Shown here one piece after another: positions 45,273 through 54,765 of a DNA stretch of 64,000 nucleotides. Where the stretch lies: positions 234,104 through 298,103 of the forward strand of contig JBFWWV010000004.1 of NCBI GenBank assembly GCA_050245995.1, in the 5' to 3' direction. The DNA comes from Planctomycetota bacterium (GTDB lineage Bacteria; Planctomycetota; UBA1135; UBA2386). The translations under genes and the position numbers were made by a program. The first letter of the stretch is position 1. Each line of letters opens with the position of its first letter. The notes under the pieces were generated by a model that saw only the letters and a list, made by a program, of their open reading frames with translations, was not told the DNA's origin and made no database searches.

Positions 45273-46085
45273 TCAGTCCGCTCGCGTGCGCAGCCACCCC
45301 GCCAGCACGCCGATCGGCAGCGGCAGCAGCGCCACCAGCAGCATCAGCGCGGCCACCGTCTCGAGCCGGCAGTGCCACAGGTCCTGCGCCAGCACGAGGT
45401 AGTCGTTCTTGATGCCGAGCGAGCCGTTGCCGGCGTAGTGCGCGCGCGCCGCGGGGCTGGTCATCAGGCCGAAGCAGAGCTGCACGTTGCGCGCCTGCAC
45501 GATGGCGCCGGCCATCGCCGCGGCGGTGCGCTCCTGCGGCGTGTCGGTGCGGCCGCCGGTCCACGCCAGCGCGAAGCAGTAGGTCGCGAACGCCAGCTCG
45601 CCCAGGTGGCCGCCGAGCGTGATCGCGACGTCGGCAGCGCGCGACAGCGCCAGCGCCGGCAGCAGCAGCGCGGTGGCGCCCAGCGCGATCGCGGCGACCG
45701 TGCGACGACGGCGCAGGCACAGGGCTCCGCCGCCGAGCGCCAGCAGCGCCATCGTCCACACCAGCCAGCCGCGTTGCGCGGCGATGCCGGTCCACGCCTC
45801 GCCGCGCAGGCTGATCGCCGGCGCCGACGGGTGGCCCAGCAGGCAGCCGACGGTGGCGTGACCCATCTCGTGCGGGATGGCGCACAGCACCCACGAGAAC
45901 ATCGACGGCAGCACCAGCGTCAACGGCCACGCCAGCGCGATGCCGAGGCCGAGCCAGCGCCAGCGCGCCGGCGGGTCGAGGTCGAACGACCGCCGCGGCG
46001 CCTCGGGCGGCGGCGCCGGCAGGTCCTGGTCGTCGAGCCGCGGCGGCGCGAACCGCGAGCGCGGGGGCTGCAGGGAGCTGGCCAC
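45273..46085 (-). CDS. Peptidase M50B-like integral-membrane zinc metalloprotease (HExxH in TM helix)
   Basis: 270 aa, ~6 TM. HEMGH lies inside the predicted TM helix SWVLCAIPHEMGHATVGCLLG (site-2-protease-like arrangement). Sits between the sigma-fusion gene and the Kelch gene on the same strand. Confidence 0.6.
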   Translation of the reverse strand: MASSLQPPRSRFAPPRLDDQDLPAPPPEAPRRSFDLDPPARWRWLGLGIALAWPLTLVLPSMFSWVLCAIPHEMGHATVGCLLGHPSAPAISLRGEAWTGIAAQRGWLVWTMALLALGGGALCLRRRRTVAAIALGATALLLPALALSRAADVAITLGGHLGELAFATYCFALAWTGGRTDTPQERTAAAMAGAIVQARNVQLCFGLMTSPAARAHYAGNGSLGIKNDYLVLAQDLWHCRLETVAALMLLVALLPLPIGVLAGWLRTRAD

Positions 46086-46139
46086 CTGCGTGCATCGACC
46101 GCGGCAGCGGTGGCCCTTGATCGCCGCCTCGCGGGACCC

Positions 46140-49100
46140 TCAGTCGGCGCGCGGGATGTCGACCGTCGACGGCGCGTCGAGGTCGGGTCCGCATTCGAAC
46201 GCACCGCGGTAACGGACCATGCCGTCGCGGGTGGCCTCGACGTCGTAGCGGCCGAACGCGAACACCTGCCGCATGCCCCAGTATCGGAACCCGCGCAGGT
46301 CGGCGCGCAGCGCGGTCACGGTGCACTCCGCGGCCACCGTTCCGTCGGTCGCGCGCACGGTGACCTGCAGCGGCGTGTCGCGCTCGGGGTGGTCCTGGCC
46401 GTCGCCGTTGAAGGTCAGCGTGCGGGTGCGGCCGATGGTCAGCGGGACCCGCAGCGCGGTCTCGGTCCCGGCCGCGAGCGTGACGGTGAGGTCGGGCGCC
46501 AGCAGGTCGGTGGCGTTGACGGTCACGCGGTAGGCCCCGGGCACCGCGCGCACGCGCAGGTCGCCGGCCGCGAACGTGTGTTCGCACGCGACCTCCAGGC
46601 CGGCCGCGTCCCACAGCCGCAGGCCCGGCGGGTCGCCGCGCCACGGCCGCCCGTCGGCGTGCACCAGCTCCGCGACCAGCGCGCCGGTGGCCGGCAACGC
46701 GATCGTGCCGCAGTCGTGCGCGCGGCCCGCGTCGAGCGGCACCGGCGCCCCGAGCGGTTGCTCGTAGCCGCCGACCCGACAGGTCAGCGCGAACGTCCCG
46801 CCGCTCAGGCCGGCGAACGCGAAGTCGCCGTTCGCGTCGGTCCTGGCGGTGCGGTGATGGTCGCTGTCGCGGTGCGTGAGCGTGAGGGTGCGCGCGTCGA
46901 ACGGCGCGCCGTCCCCCCGCACCACGCGCCCGCGGATGGTGCCCGACGGCAGCCGGTGTGCCGGCACCACCAGTTCCAGCGGCCCGCCGACGCCGATCCC
47001 GTCGATCGCGATCGCCGGCGCGTCCGGTGCCTCGGGCGGCGCCGCCGCGACGGTGCGCAGGGTGCCGGCGGGCGGCCGCAGCCGGAAGCTGCCGTCGGCG
47101 TTGGTCTCGGCCGTGGTCGCTCCTCCGTCGGCGGCCACGGCGGTGACGCGCCAGTCGTCGAGCCCGCGGCCGGTCGGGTCGACGACGCGGCCGCGCAGCA
47201 GCAGCGCATCGACGACCAGGTCGCAGACCAGCGGCCCCGCCGGCGGATCGACGAACTCGCGCGACGCGGCGACCCGGCCTGCGACCAGCGCCACCACGGT
47301 GAACGTCTGCTGCGGCTGGTAGGGCAGCCAGAACGAGCCGTCCGGCCGCGTGCCGCACTGGCTCCAGTGCCCGTCCTCGTCGCGCGAGCGACGCGACTCG
47401 ACCATCGCGAGCATCGGCGCGCCGGCCGCCGTGCGCACGCTGCCGCGCACGCCGACGCCGGCGGGCAGGTCGAGCGCGACCGCGGCGTCTTCGCCCGCCC
47501 GCAGCTCGACCTCGACCCCGTCCGGGCAGTGCGGCCACGCCGATGCGCCGACGCGCGCGCGGCCGGGGGCGAGGCCTTCGAAGCGGAAGCGACCGTCGGC
47601 GTCGGTGCGCCGATGCCGCGGCACGCGACCCGCGAGCAGCGTGCCGTCGGCGTCGCGCCGGCTGTCCTGTTCGCTCGGCGTGACGGTGACGACGGCACCC
47701 GCGACCGGCGCGCCGGTGGCGTCGCGGACGACTCCGTCGATGCCTGCGGCGACGCGGCCGAGCACCAGTCGGACGTCCGCGCCGCGGCCGTTGACGAACC
47801 GGGCCCGCGAGTCGGCGTGGCCGGAGCAGCTCGCGGCGACGCGGCTCTCGCGTGGGTCGGCGGTGGCGATCGCGAACCGGCCGTCCGCGCCGCTGCGGCC
47901 GGCGCGGCGGCTCACGAGCTCGGCGGGCTCGGGCAGCGAGTAGCGGCCCATCGCGGTGCCGCGCATCAGCCACAGATCGGCGCCGGCCACCGGGGCACCG
48001 TCGGCGTCGACCACCTGGCCGCGCAGCACCTGCACCGCGGGGCGCACCAGCCGCACCTCGGTGACGGCGCCACTCTCGACCTGCGCCGGCCGCCCGTCCG
48101 TGTGCTCCACCGGCATCGACACGTGCCAACGGCCGGGCGCGAGGTCGGTGAGCTGCACGAGGCCGTCGTCGTCGGCCACGAAGTGCGCCGCGCCGTCGTC
48201 GAACGGCTGCAGCGGATCGCCGCCGCGCCACACCACGATCTGGGTCCCGGGCAACGGCAGCTCATGGCCCTCGGCGGTGCTGGCCAGCGTCCGGATCACC
48301 AGCGTGCCCGTGGTCGCTACGCGCGGGGCGTCCGCCGCGTGGCGCACCGCGGCGTCCCGTGCGCGGGTCGCCTCGGCGGCGCGCGCGGCGTCGGCCGGTC
48401 CGCCGCCGCCGGCGGTCGCGGCGATCGGCGGGGTCGGGTCGGCTGGCGTGCCGAGCGTCTGCCAGAGCAGGCCGCAGCACAGCAGCACGGCGAGGGCGCA
48501 GAGCAGCTTGTTGGTCACGAGCGAACCTCCGATCAGGGAGACGGTCCCCGCCGCGGCGAGCGGCGTCGCGGGAGTCGGTGCGCCGGGGACCGGTCGTGCG
48601 GCGCCGGCGCGCAGCACCGCCTCGCGCACCGCGTCCAGGCCGCGCGGCGCGCCCGGCGGCAGCGCGAACGCGGCCAGTCCCGCCGGCGCCCGGCGGCGCA
48701 GCGCCTCGAGCCCGCGGTGGATGCGCATGCGCACGGTGCCGGGCGGGATCGCCAGCACCTCGGCGATCTCGGCGGGGCTCATCCCGTGCTGCAGCTGCAG
48801 CAGCAGCGCCTGCCGCTGCTCGGTCGGCAACGCATCGACGTGCGTGCGCAGCCAGGCCACGACCTCGCCGCGCGCGGCCGCGTCGGCCGGGTCGATCGCG
48901 TCACCGCCGAGCTCCGGGATCGCGTCGGCACGGCGGCGGCGCGCGTCGCGGCGCGCGTTGCGCGCCACGTTGGTCAGCAGTCCGGCCAGCCACGGCTCCA
49001 GCCGGCGCGCGGCGTCGAACACCGCGGCGCGTTCGATCGCCAGCAGGAACGTCTGCTGCACCGCATCCTCGGCGTCGGCGTGCCCGCACAGGTGCAGCGC

Positions 49101-49211
49101 CACCGGCAGCAGCCGCGGCGCCAGCGCGTCGAACACAGCCGCCAGGGCGTCGAGGTCGCCCTCGTCGCGGAAGCGGGCGAAGCGTCTGGCGTGCGGGTCC
49201 ATGCGCCCCAT
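46140..49211 (-). CDS. ECF sigma factor fused to a transmembrane anti-sigma-like C-terminal region with carboxypeptidase-regulatory-like repeats (membrane-tethered sigma factor)
   Basis: Track ORF 46140..49364. Start at M52 (MGRMDPHARRFARF); 49202 is the alternative. N-terminal sigma2/sigma4: EDAVQQTFLLAIERAAVFD...AEIAEVLAIPPGTVRMRIHRGLEALRRR. Then a TM LLCALAVLLCCGLLW. About 750 aa of repeated CarD_reg-like beta-sandwich modules follow (VLRGQVVDADGAPVAGADLWL, GVVRDATGAPVAGAVVTV, TDADGRFRFEGL, TNADGSFRL). A single uninterrupted frame. Confidence 0.7.
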   Translation of the reverse strand: MGRMDPHARRFARFRDEGDLDALAAVFDALAPRLLPVALHLCGHADAEDAVQQTFLLAIERAAVFDAARRLEPWLAGLLTNVARNARRDARRRRADAIPELGGDAIDPADAAARGEVVAWLRTHVDALPTEQRQALLLQLQHGMSPAEIAEVLAIPPGTVRMRIHRGLEALRRRAPAGLAAFALPPGAPRGLDAVREAVLRAGAARPVPGAPTPATPLAAAGTVSLIGGSLVTNKLLCALAVLLCCGLLWQTLGTPADPTPPIAATAGGGGPADAARAAEATRARDAAVRHAADAPRVATTGTLVIRTLASTAEGHELPLPGTQIVVWRGGDPLQPFDDGAAHFVADDDGLVQLTDLAPGRWHVSMPVEHTDGRPAQVESGAVTEVRLVRPAVQVLRGQVVDADGAPVAGADLWLMRGTAMGRYSLPEPAELVSRRAGRSGADGRFAIATADPRESRVAASCSGHADSRARFVNGRGADVRLVLGRVAAGIDGVVRDATGAPVAGAVVTVTPSEQDSRRDADGTLLAGRVPRHRRTDADGRFRFEGLAPGRARVGASAWPHCPDGVEVELRAGEDAAVALDLPAGVGVRGSVRTAAGAPMLAMVESRRSRDEDGHWSQCGTRPDGSFWLPYQPQQTFTVVALVAGRVAASREFVDPPAGPLVCDLVVDALLLRGRVVDPTGRGLDDWRVTAVAADGGATTAETNADGSFRLRPPAGTLRTVAAAPPEAPDAPAIAIDGIGVGGPLELVVPAHRLPSGTIRGRVVRGDGAPFDARTLTLTHRDSDHHRTARTDANGDFAFAGLSGGTFALTCRVGGYEQPLGAPVPLDAGRAHDCGTIALPATGALVAELVHADGRPWRGDPPGLRLWDAAGLEVACEHTFAAGDLRVRAVPGAYRVTVNATDLLAPDLTVTLAAGTETALRVPLTIGRTRTLTFNGDGQDHPERDTPLQVTVRATDGTVAAECTVTALRADLRGFRYWGMRQVFAFGRYDVEATRDGMVRYRGAFECGPDLDAPSTVDIPRAD

Positions 49212-49338
49212 CCTTGTCCGGCGGCCGCCGGCCGTCACCGCCTTCCGGTCGAAAGGCGGCCGCGCTGCCGCCGGCGCGGCGTCGCCGGTTGCCGCCGCGG
49301 CGCCCGGTCCGCATGATCGCCGCCCTGCCGTGGAACGA

Positions 49339-50130
49339 ATGCCTGTCGACACGACGAGACGCAAAGCGGCGCTGGCGCTGGCGGCGCTGCTGCTCGCCGC
49401 CGGCGGCGGCGACGAGTTCGCGCGCGGCGCGCGCGCCTACGCGGCCGGCGACTTCGCGGCGGCGCAGGCCGCGTTCGCGGCGGCGGTCGCGGCGCGCGGC
49501 TCGGACGCGCCGGCGGCGCTGCACTTCGACCTGGGGCTGGCGGCGCTGCGCGCCGGCGACCTGCGCGCCGCCGCCTCGGCGCTGGCGGCGGCGCAGGACG
49601 GCGGCCGCGGCGACGCGGCGCTGCTGCGGCAGGTGGCATTCGCGGCGGGTCACGTGGCCTTCGCGCGCGGCGAACGGCTGGCGCGGCTGGCGCAGCAGCC
49701 GGAGGCCGAGCCGTTCGTCTACGAGCGCGCGATCGAGGCGCTGGCCGCGGCGCGCACGCACTGGGTCGAGGCGGTGCTCGGCGAGGGCGACTGGCCGGCC
49801 GCGCGCCGCAACGCCGAGCGCGCCCAGCAGCGGCTCGACCAGGTGCGGCTCCTGCAGCAGCAGCGGCTCCAGCAGAACCGCAGCACCGGCGCGCAGCAGC
49901 GGCCGATGCTGCTGCCCGGGCAGGACCCGGGCGACGATCGCGGCGACGGCCAGGGCGGCGGCGCGCCGACCGACACCGCGCCGAATCCGCTGCAGGCCAA
50001 CGACGCGCAGCTGTCCGCCGCCGCGGTCGCCGAGCTGTTCGCGGTGCTCGAGCAGAAGGAACGGGAGAAGCGCGCGCTGCGCCGGGCGCAGCGGCGCGCC
50101 GGCGACGCCGCGGTGGAGCGCGACTGGTGA
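49339..50130 (+). CDS. TPR-like helical protein (BatC-like)
   Basis: Last 263 aa of track ORF 47956..50130 from MPVDTTRRKAALALAALLLAAGGG. Ala-rich TPR-like helices. Basic, coiled C-terminus. Confidence 0.55.
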   Translation: MPVDTTRRKAALALAALLLAAGGGDEFARGARAYAAGDFAAAQAAFAAAVAARGSDAPAALHFDLGLAALRAGDLRAAASALAAAQDGGRGDAALLRQVAFAAGHVAFARGERLARLAQQPEAEPFVYERAIEALAAARTHWVEAVLGEGDWPAARRNAERAQQRLDQVRLLQQQRLQQNRSTGAQQRPMLLPGQDPGDDRGDGQGGGAPTDTAPNPLQANDAQLSAAAVAELFAVLEQKEREKRALRRAQRRAGDAAVERDW

Positions 50131-51557
50131 GGCGCGCGCCGCGCGCCGCCCTGGTCGCCGTGCTGGGCCTCGCCGCGCTGGCGGCGCAGGACCGCGCGTT
50201 CGTGCGCGTCGACGCGCCGGACGCCGTGGTGCAGGGCCAGGTGTTCGCCGTGCGCGTCACCGTCGGCGTCGAACGCGCCGTGCTCCCGAAGCTGGTGCAG
50301 CTGTTCCGCCGTGAGCTCGACGTGCCGGTGCAGGTGACGGCGCCGTGGCTCGACGGCACGCGCGCGCTGCCGCGGTTCGCGGGCGCCGCGGCGGGGTCGC
50401 CGGCGGGATCGTCGGCTGTCTCTCCGGTTGGGCCGGTGCTGGCGCTGGCCGGCGACGCCGCGGTCGCGACCGCGGTCGACGACGTCGCGCGCGACGGGCG
50501 CACGTTCGCGGTGTGGACCGTCGATCGCCGGCTGCTGGCGCGCGAACCCGGCGCGCACGAGCTGCTGGCGCCGCAGCTGCGGTTCGCGTTCGCGACGCAG
50601 TTCCGCGACGACTTCGTCAACGGCCGCGTCGCGCTCGACCGCACCGACGTCAGCGTCCCCGGCGCGCCGGTCACCGTCACCGTGCGGCCGCTGCCGACCG
50701 AAGGGCGGCCGGCGCAGTTCACCGGCGCGGTCGGCGAGTTCACGGTCGAGGCCGAGGCCCGGCCGCGCGAGCTGGCCGTCGGCGAGCACCTCGAGCTCAC
50801 GGTGCGCGTGCGCGGCGACGGCGACCTGCGCGGGTTCGCGCCGCCGCAGCTCGCCCTGCCCGGGCTGCACGCGTTCGGCGTGCTCGACGGCGGGGTCGAT
50901 GGCGACGCGCGCGTGCTGCGCTACGACCTCGTGCCGACGACGAGCGCGGTCGACGCGGTGCCGCCCGTCGCGTTCGCGTTCTACGCGCCGGGTGTCGGCT
51001 ACCGCGAGGTGCGCACGGCCGCGATCCCGCTGCAGGTGCGGCCGGCGGCGGCCGGTGGCGACGGGAACGGCGCGGCGCGGCCGGTCGAGGTCACGACCCG
51101 GGCACCCGGGCTCGCCGACATCTTCGCCAGCGGCGAGCTGCCGCGCGACGGCGGGCGCACCGGCTCCGCGTTCGCGGCGGCGGCGCTGCTGCTGCCGTGG
51201 GCCGTGGCCCTGGCGCTGCTGGCCCTGCGCCGGCCGCGCGCCGCGCGTGGGGCGACGACCGCCGCGCCGCGCGAGCTCGCGGCCGCGTTCGCCCGCGCCG
51301 CCGAGTCGCGGCACGTGGACCTGCTGTCGGCGTTCGACGCCTACGTCACCGCGCGCCTGGGCTCGCCGCCCGCGGCGGACGCGCTCGCGGCGCGCCTGCA
51401 CGCGCTCGGCGTGCCGGCCGACCTCGCGCAGCGCGCCGGGCGCCTGCGCCGCAGCCTCGAGGCCGCCCGCTACGGCGGCGTGTCCGCCGGCGCCGCCGTC
51501 GCCGCCGACGACGTGGTGCGCGCGCTCGAGCAGCACTTCGAAGGGGGCACGTCGTGA
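50127..51557 (+). CDS. BatD-like protein (signal peptide, extracytoplasmic domain, C-terminal TM anchor)
   Basis: GTG overlapping the upstream stop. Signal MRRAPRAALVAVLGLAALAAQD. C-terminal TM AFAAAALLLPWAVALALLAL followed by a cytoplasmic tail. Confidence 0.6.
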   Translation: MRRAPRAALVAVLGLAALAAQDRAFVRVDAPDAVVQGQVFAVRVTVGVERAVLPKLVQLFRRELDVPVQVTAPWLDGTRALPRFAGAAAGSPAGSSAVSPVGPVLALAGDAAVATAVDDVARDGRTFAVWTVDRRLLAREPGAHELLAPQLRFAFATQFRDDFVNGRVALDRTDVSVPGAPVTVTVRPLPTEGRPAQFTGAVGEFTVEAEARPRELAVGEHLELTVRVRGDGDLRGFAPPQLALPGLHAFGVLDGGVDGDARVLRYDLVPTTSAVDAVPPVAFAFYAPGVGYREVRTAAIPLQVRPAAAGGDGNGAARPVEVTTRAPGLADIFASGELPRDGGRTGSAFAAAALLLPWAVALALLALRRPRAARGATTAAPRELAAAFARAAESRHVDLLSAFDAYVTARLGSPPAADALAARLHALGVPADLAQRAGRLRRSLEAARYGGVSAGAAVAADDVVRALEQHFEGGTS

Positions 51558-52252
51558 GCCGCGCGCGCCATGTGGGCGCGCTGGCCGCACTCGCGGTGAC
51601 CCTGCTGGCGACCCTGCCGGCGACGCTTCCCGCGCAGGGCGACCCGATCGAGCGCGCCGAGCGCGCCTACCGGCTCGGCGACTTCGCGGCGGCGCGCGCG
51701 CAGTATGCGGCGGCGCTGCAAGGCGAACGCGACCACCGCGCCGCACTGCTGCACAACCTCGGCAACTGCGAGTACCAGCTCGGCGAGTTCGCCGCCGCTG
51801 TGTGGAGCTGGCGGCGCGCGCTGCGGCTCCGGCCGGGCGAGCTGCGCACCCTCGCCAACCTGCTGCTCTGCGAGAACGCGGACCTCGGCGTCGACAATCC
51901 GGCACCGGACGGCGGGGGTGGCGCCCGGCCGTTCTGGCTGTGGACGAGCGCCGTTGCGGTGCTGGCGGGCGCGTGGCTGGCGCGGCGCCGGCGCGCCGCG
52001 GCGACGTGCGCGTTCGCGCTGGGCCTCGGCTGCGGCGCGACCGCGGCGGTGCAGCAGTGGGGGCCGGCCCCGCGTCTCGCCGTGGTCCTGGAGGCGGTGC
52101 CGCTGCAGGACGCGGCGACCGCGGCGCCGCTGCGACCGGGGGAGGTCTGGACCGTGCTCGACATCGCAGGCGAACGCGTGCACGTGCTGCGCGGCGATCG
52201 CACCGGCTGGGTCGGGCGCGCCGCCGTCGGGATCGTCGACACCGTCGAGTAG
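51554..52252 (+). CDS. TPR + SH3b-like domain protein (BatE-like)
   Basis: C-terminal 232 aa of track ORF 50345..52252 from VSRARHVGALAALAVTLLATLPATLPAQ (GTG overlapping the upstream stop). TPR ERAYRLGDFAAARAQYAAAL...NLGNCEYQLGEFAAAVWSWRRAL. TM. SH3-like C-terminus VWTVLDIAGERVHVLRGDRTGWV. Confidence 0.6.
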   Translation: MSRARHVGALAALAVTLLATLPATLPAQGDPIERAERAYRLGDFAAARAQYAAALQGERDHRAALLHNLGNCEYQLGEFAAAVWSWRRALRLRPGELRTLANLLLCENADLGVDNPAPDGGGGARPFWLWTSAVAVLAGAWLARRRRAAATCAFALGLGCGATAAVQQWGPAPRLAVVLEAVPLQDAATAAPLRPGEVWTVLDIAGERVHVLRGDRTGWVGRAAVGIVDTVE

Positions 52253-52324
52253 CGCCACAGCGGCCGCGGCCCGTGGCTCAAGCCGGGCCGCGCCGACGCC
52301 CGAAACCCAGGCGTGGCGATCCTG

Positions 52325-53482
52325 ATGGCATCGGGCCGGGCCGACGATCCGCAGGCGGTGATCGCCGGGCGCCGCGCGGCCGAGCAGTGCCGCGACCAGC
52401 TCCAGGGCTGGCCGCCGCGCCTGCTGCTGCCGTTCGTCGCGCCGGACCTCGACCACGACGCCGTGCTGCGCGGCATCGGCGAGGTGTTCGGCGCTGCGCC
52501 GCGGATCGGCTGCACGACGGCGGCCGCCTACACGCGCGACGGCAGCGCCGGCGTCGCGTTGACCGCGCTGGCCGGCGCCGACCTGCGCGTGCGCACCGGC
52601 AGCGGCTCGCACCACGGCGACGAGGTCACCCGGGCTGCGGCGCAGGCGACGCTGTCGTTCGCGCGCCGCGCCGACGGCGACCTCGACCCGCGTTGGACCG
52701 GCCGCACGCTGCTGGTGTTCGTCGCCGGCCGCGCCGACAGCGACGCGCTGCTGCACGAGCTGCGCGCGCGCACCGGCGCGCACTACCAGGTGTTCGGCGG
52801 CCTCGCCGCCGGCGAACGGCGCCGCGCCGCGGTGTTCGCCGGCGATCGCGCGCTGCGTTCGGGCTTCGCCTGCGCCGAGATCCTGTCGGCGCGGCCGTTC
52901 CGCGTGGCACAGGGCCACGGCTTCGCGCCGGTCGGCGCCGCGTTGCGGGTCAGCGCCGCGCGCGGCCCGTGGCTGCAGCAGCTCGACGACCGGCCGGCGT
53001 GGACCGTCGTTCAGGAACAGCTCGGGCGCGCCGCCGCCGCCACCGCATCGCCGGACGCGCTGCCGGCCGACCTGCTGCTCGGCGTGCGTCGCGGCCCGGG
53101 CCACGAGCTGCGGGTGCCGCTGCAGCGCCGCGAGGACGGCAGCCTGCGGCTGAGCCAGCCGGTGCTGCCGGGCGACGTCGTGCAGTGCATGCGCGCCGAT
53201 CGCGACCGCATGCTCGACGCCGGCCAGCAGGCGGTGCAGGCGGCCGTGCAGGAGGGGCGCGGCGAGGGCGCCGCCCGCTGGGCCGGCGCGCTGGTGGTCG
53301 AGTGCCCGACCACCCAGGGGGTGCTCGGCCCCGCGTTCGCCGACCACGTCGACCGCACGCTGCAGGCGCTCGAGGCGCGCGCCGTCGCGATCGGCACCGT
53401 CCAGGGCGGGTTCGCGTCGTGCGACGGCGCGGTGCTGGCGCCCTGCGACGCCGGCTCGCTGGTGTGCCTGGTCCCGGCCTGA
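52325..53482 (+). CDS. FIST (N and C) sensory domain protein
   Basis: Track ORF 52313..53482 (GTG); ATG at M5 chosen. FIST_N and FIST_C architecture with no output domain. Confidence 0.6.
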   Translation: MASGRADDPQAVIAGRRAAEQCRDQLQGWPPRLLLPFVAPDLDHDAVLRGIGEVFGAAPRIGCTTAAAYTRDGSAGVALTALAGADLRVRTGSGSHHGDEVTRAAAQATLSFARRADGDLDPRWTGRTLLVFVAGRADSDALLHELRARTGAHYQVFGGLAAGERRRAAVFAGDRALRSGFACAEILSARPFRVAQGHGFAPVGAALRVSAARGPWLQQLDDRPAWTVVQEQLGRAAAATASPDALPADLLLGVRRGPGHELRVPLQRREDGSLRLSQPVLPGDVVQCMRADRDRMLDAGQQAVQAAVQEGRGEGAARWAGALVVECPTTQGVLGPAFADHVDRTLQALEARAVAIGTVQGGFASCDGAVLAPCDAGSLVCLVPA

Positions 53483-53610
53483 CGGCGCCCGACCGGTCCG
53501 CGGCGCCGGCCCGCGCCGGCCGTCATTGCCCAGCCGGCTTTTGCCCGGCCGCGGCGGATCGGATAGACCTTCCGCCCCGTTTTCCCGCGCACCCCCGCGA
53601 CCATCGATCC

Positions 53611-54708
53611 ATGGGCCTAGCCGCCGGCATCGTCGGTCTGCCGAACGTCGGCAAGACCACCGTCTTCCAAGCGCTGACGCAGTCGCCCGCCGGCGACCGC
53701 AGCCCCAACATGTTCTCGACCACGTCGCCGGTGCCCGGCGTCGTGACGATCCCCGATCCGCGCCTGCAGCAGATCAGCGACTGCATCGCCACCAAGAAGA
53801 TCATCCCGGCGCAGATGCAGGTCACCGACATCCCGGCGCTGGTCAGCGGCGCCAGCGAGGGTGCCGGCATGGGCAACAGCTTCCTCGGCGCGATCAAGGA
53901 GAGCGACGCGCTGCTGCACGTGGTGCGCTGCTTCGACAGCGCCGCGGTGCACAACCCGTCGGGCTCGATCGACCCCGCCGGCGACGCCGAGATCGTCGAG
54001 ATCGAGCTGCGCCAGACCGACCTCGAGACCCTCAAGCGCAACGCCGAGCGCGTGCAGAAGCGCGCGCGCACCGGCGACAAGGACAGCAAGGACGCCCTCG
54101 CCGCCTACGAGAAGGCGATCGCCGCGCTCGAGCAGGACACCATGCTGCGCCAGGTCGAGTTCACCGCCGCCGAGAAGAAGCTGCTGTATCCCTGCTTCCT
54201 GCTGACGCAGAAGCCGGTGCTGTTCCTGGCCAACGTCGGCGACGACGACCAGGACGGCCAGGGCAAGCACGTGCAGGCGCTGCGCGAGTACGCGACGCGC
54301 ACCGGCGCCGAGGTCGCGCACCTGTGCGGCGACCTCGAGGCCGAGTTCGCCGTCATGGACGACGCCGACCGCGAGCAGTTCATGGCCGACTTCGGCTTCA
54401 AGGAGTCGGGGCTGGCGCGCATCATCCACCGCACGTTCGACCTGCTCGGCCTGCAGACCTACTTCACCGCCGGCGAGAAGGAGACCCGCGCCTGGGTCAT
54501 CCACAAGGGCGACACCGCGCCGATCGGCGCCGGCGTCATCCACACCGACTTCGTCAAGAAGTTCGTGCGCGCCGAGGTCTACCAGTTCGCCGACCTGATG
54601 GAGCTGCGCAGCGAGAAGGCGATCAAGGACAAGGGCAAGATGCGGCTGGAGGGCAAGGAGTACGTGCTCCAGGACGGCGACGTCTGCCACTTCCTGATCG
54701 CGAACTGA
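53611..54708 (+). CDS. ychF: redox-regulated ATPase YchF (Obg-family GTPase)
   Basis: 365 aa from MGLAAGIVGLPNVGKTTVFQALTQ. G1 GLPNVGKTT, then DIPALV/G3, the TGS C-terminal domain and the conserved end ...DGDVCHFLIAN. Confidence 0.9.
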   Translation: MGLAAGIVGLPNVGKTTVFQALTQSPAGDRSPNMFSTTSPVPGVVTIPDPRLQQISDCIATKKIIPAQMQVTDIPALVSGASEGAGMGNSFLGAIKESDALLHVVRCFDSAAVHNPSGSIDPAGDAEIVEIELRQTDLETLKRNAERVQKRARTGDKDSKDALAAYEKAIAALEQDTMLRQVEFTAAEKKLLYPCFLLTQKPVLFLANVGDDDQDGQGKHVQALREYATRTGAEVAHLCGDLEAEFAVMDDADREQFMADFGFKESGLARIIHRTFDLLGLQTYFTAGEKETRAWVIHKGDTAPIGAGVIHTDFVKKFVRAEVYQFADLMELRSEKAIKDKGKMRLEGKEYVLQDGDVCHFLIAN

Positions 54709-54765
54709 GGTGTCGGCGGGAGGGGGCGGCGCACCCGGTGCGCGCGGTGCGGGGAGGGAGACGGC

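Noticed and set aside
46140-49364. Splitting track ORF 46140..49364 into a separate sigma-factor gene and anti-sigma gene
   Set aside because: There is no in-frame stop between the sigma4 region and the TM helix in the sequence as given, so it is treated as a single fused protein. An assembly frameshift would be needed to separate them.
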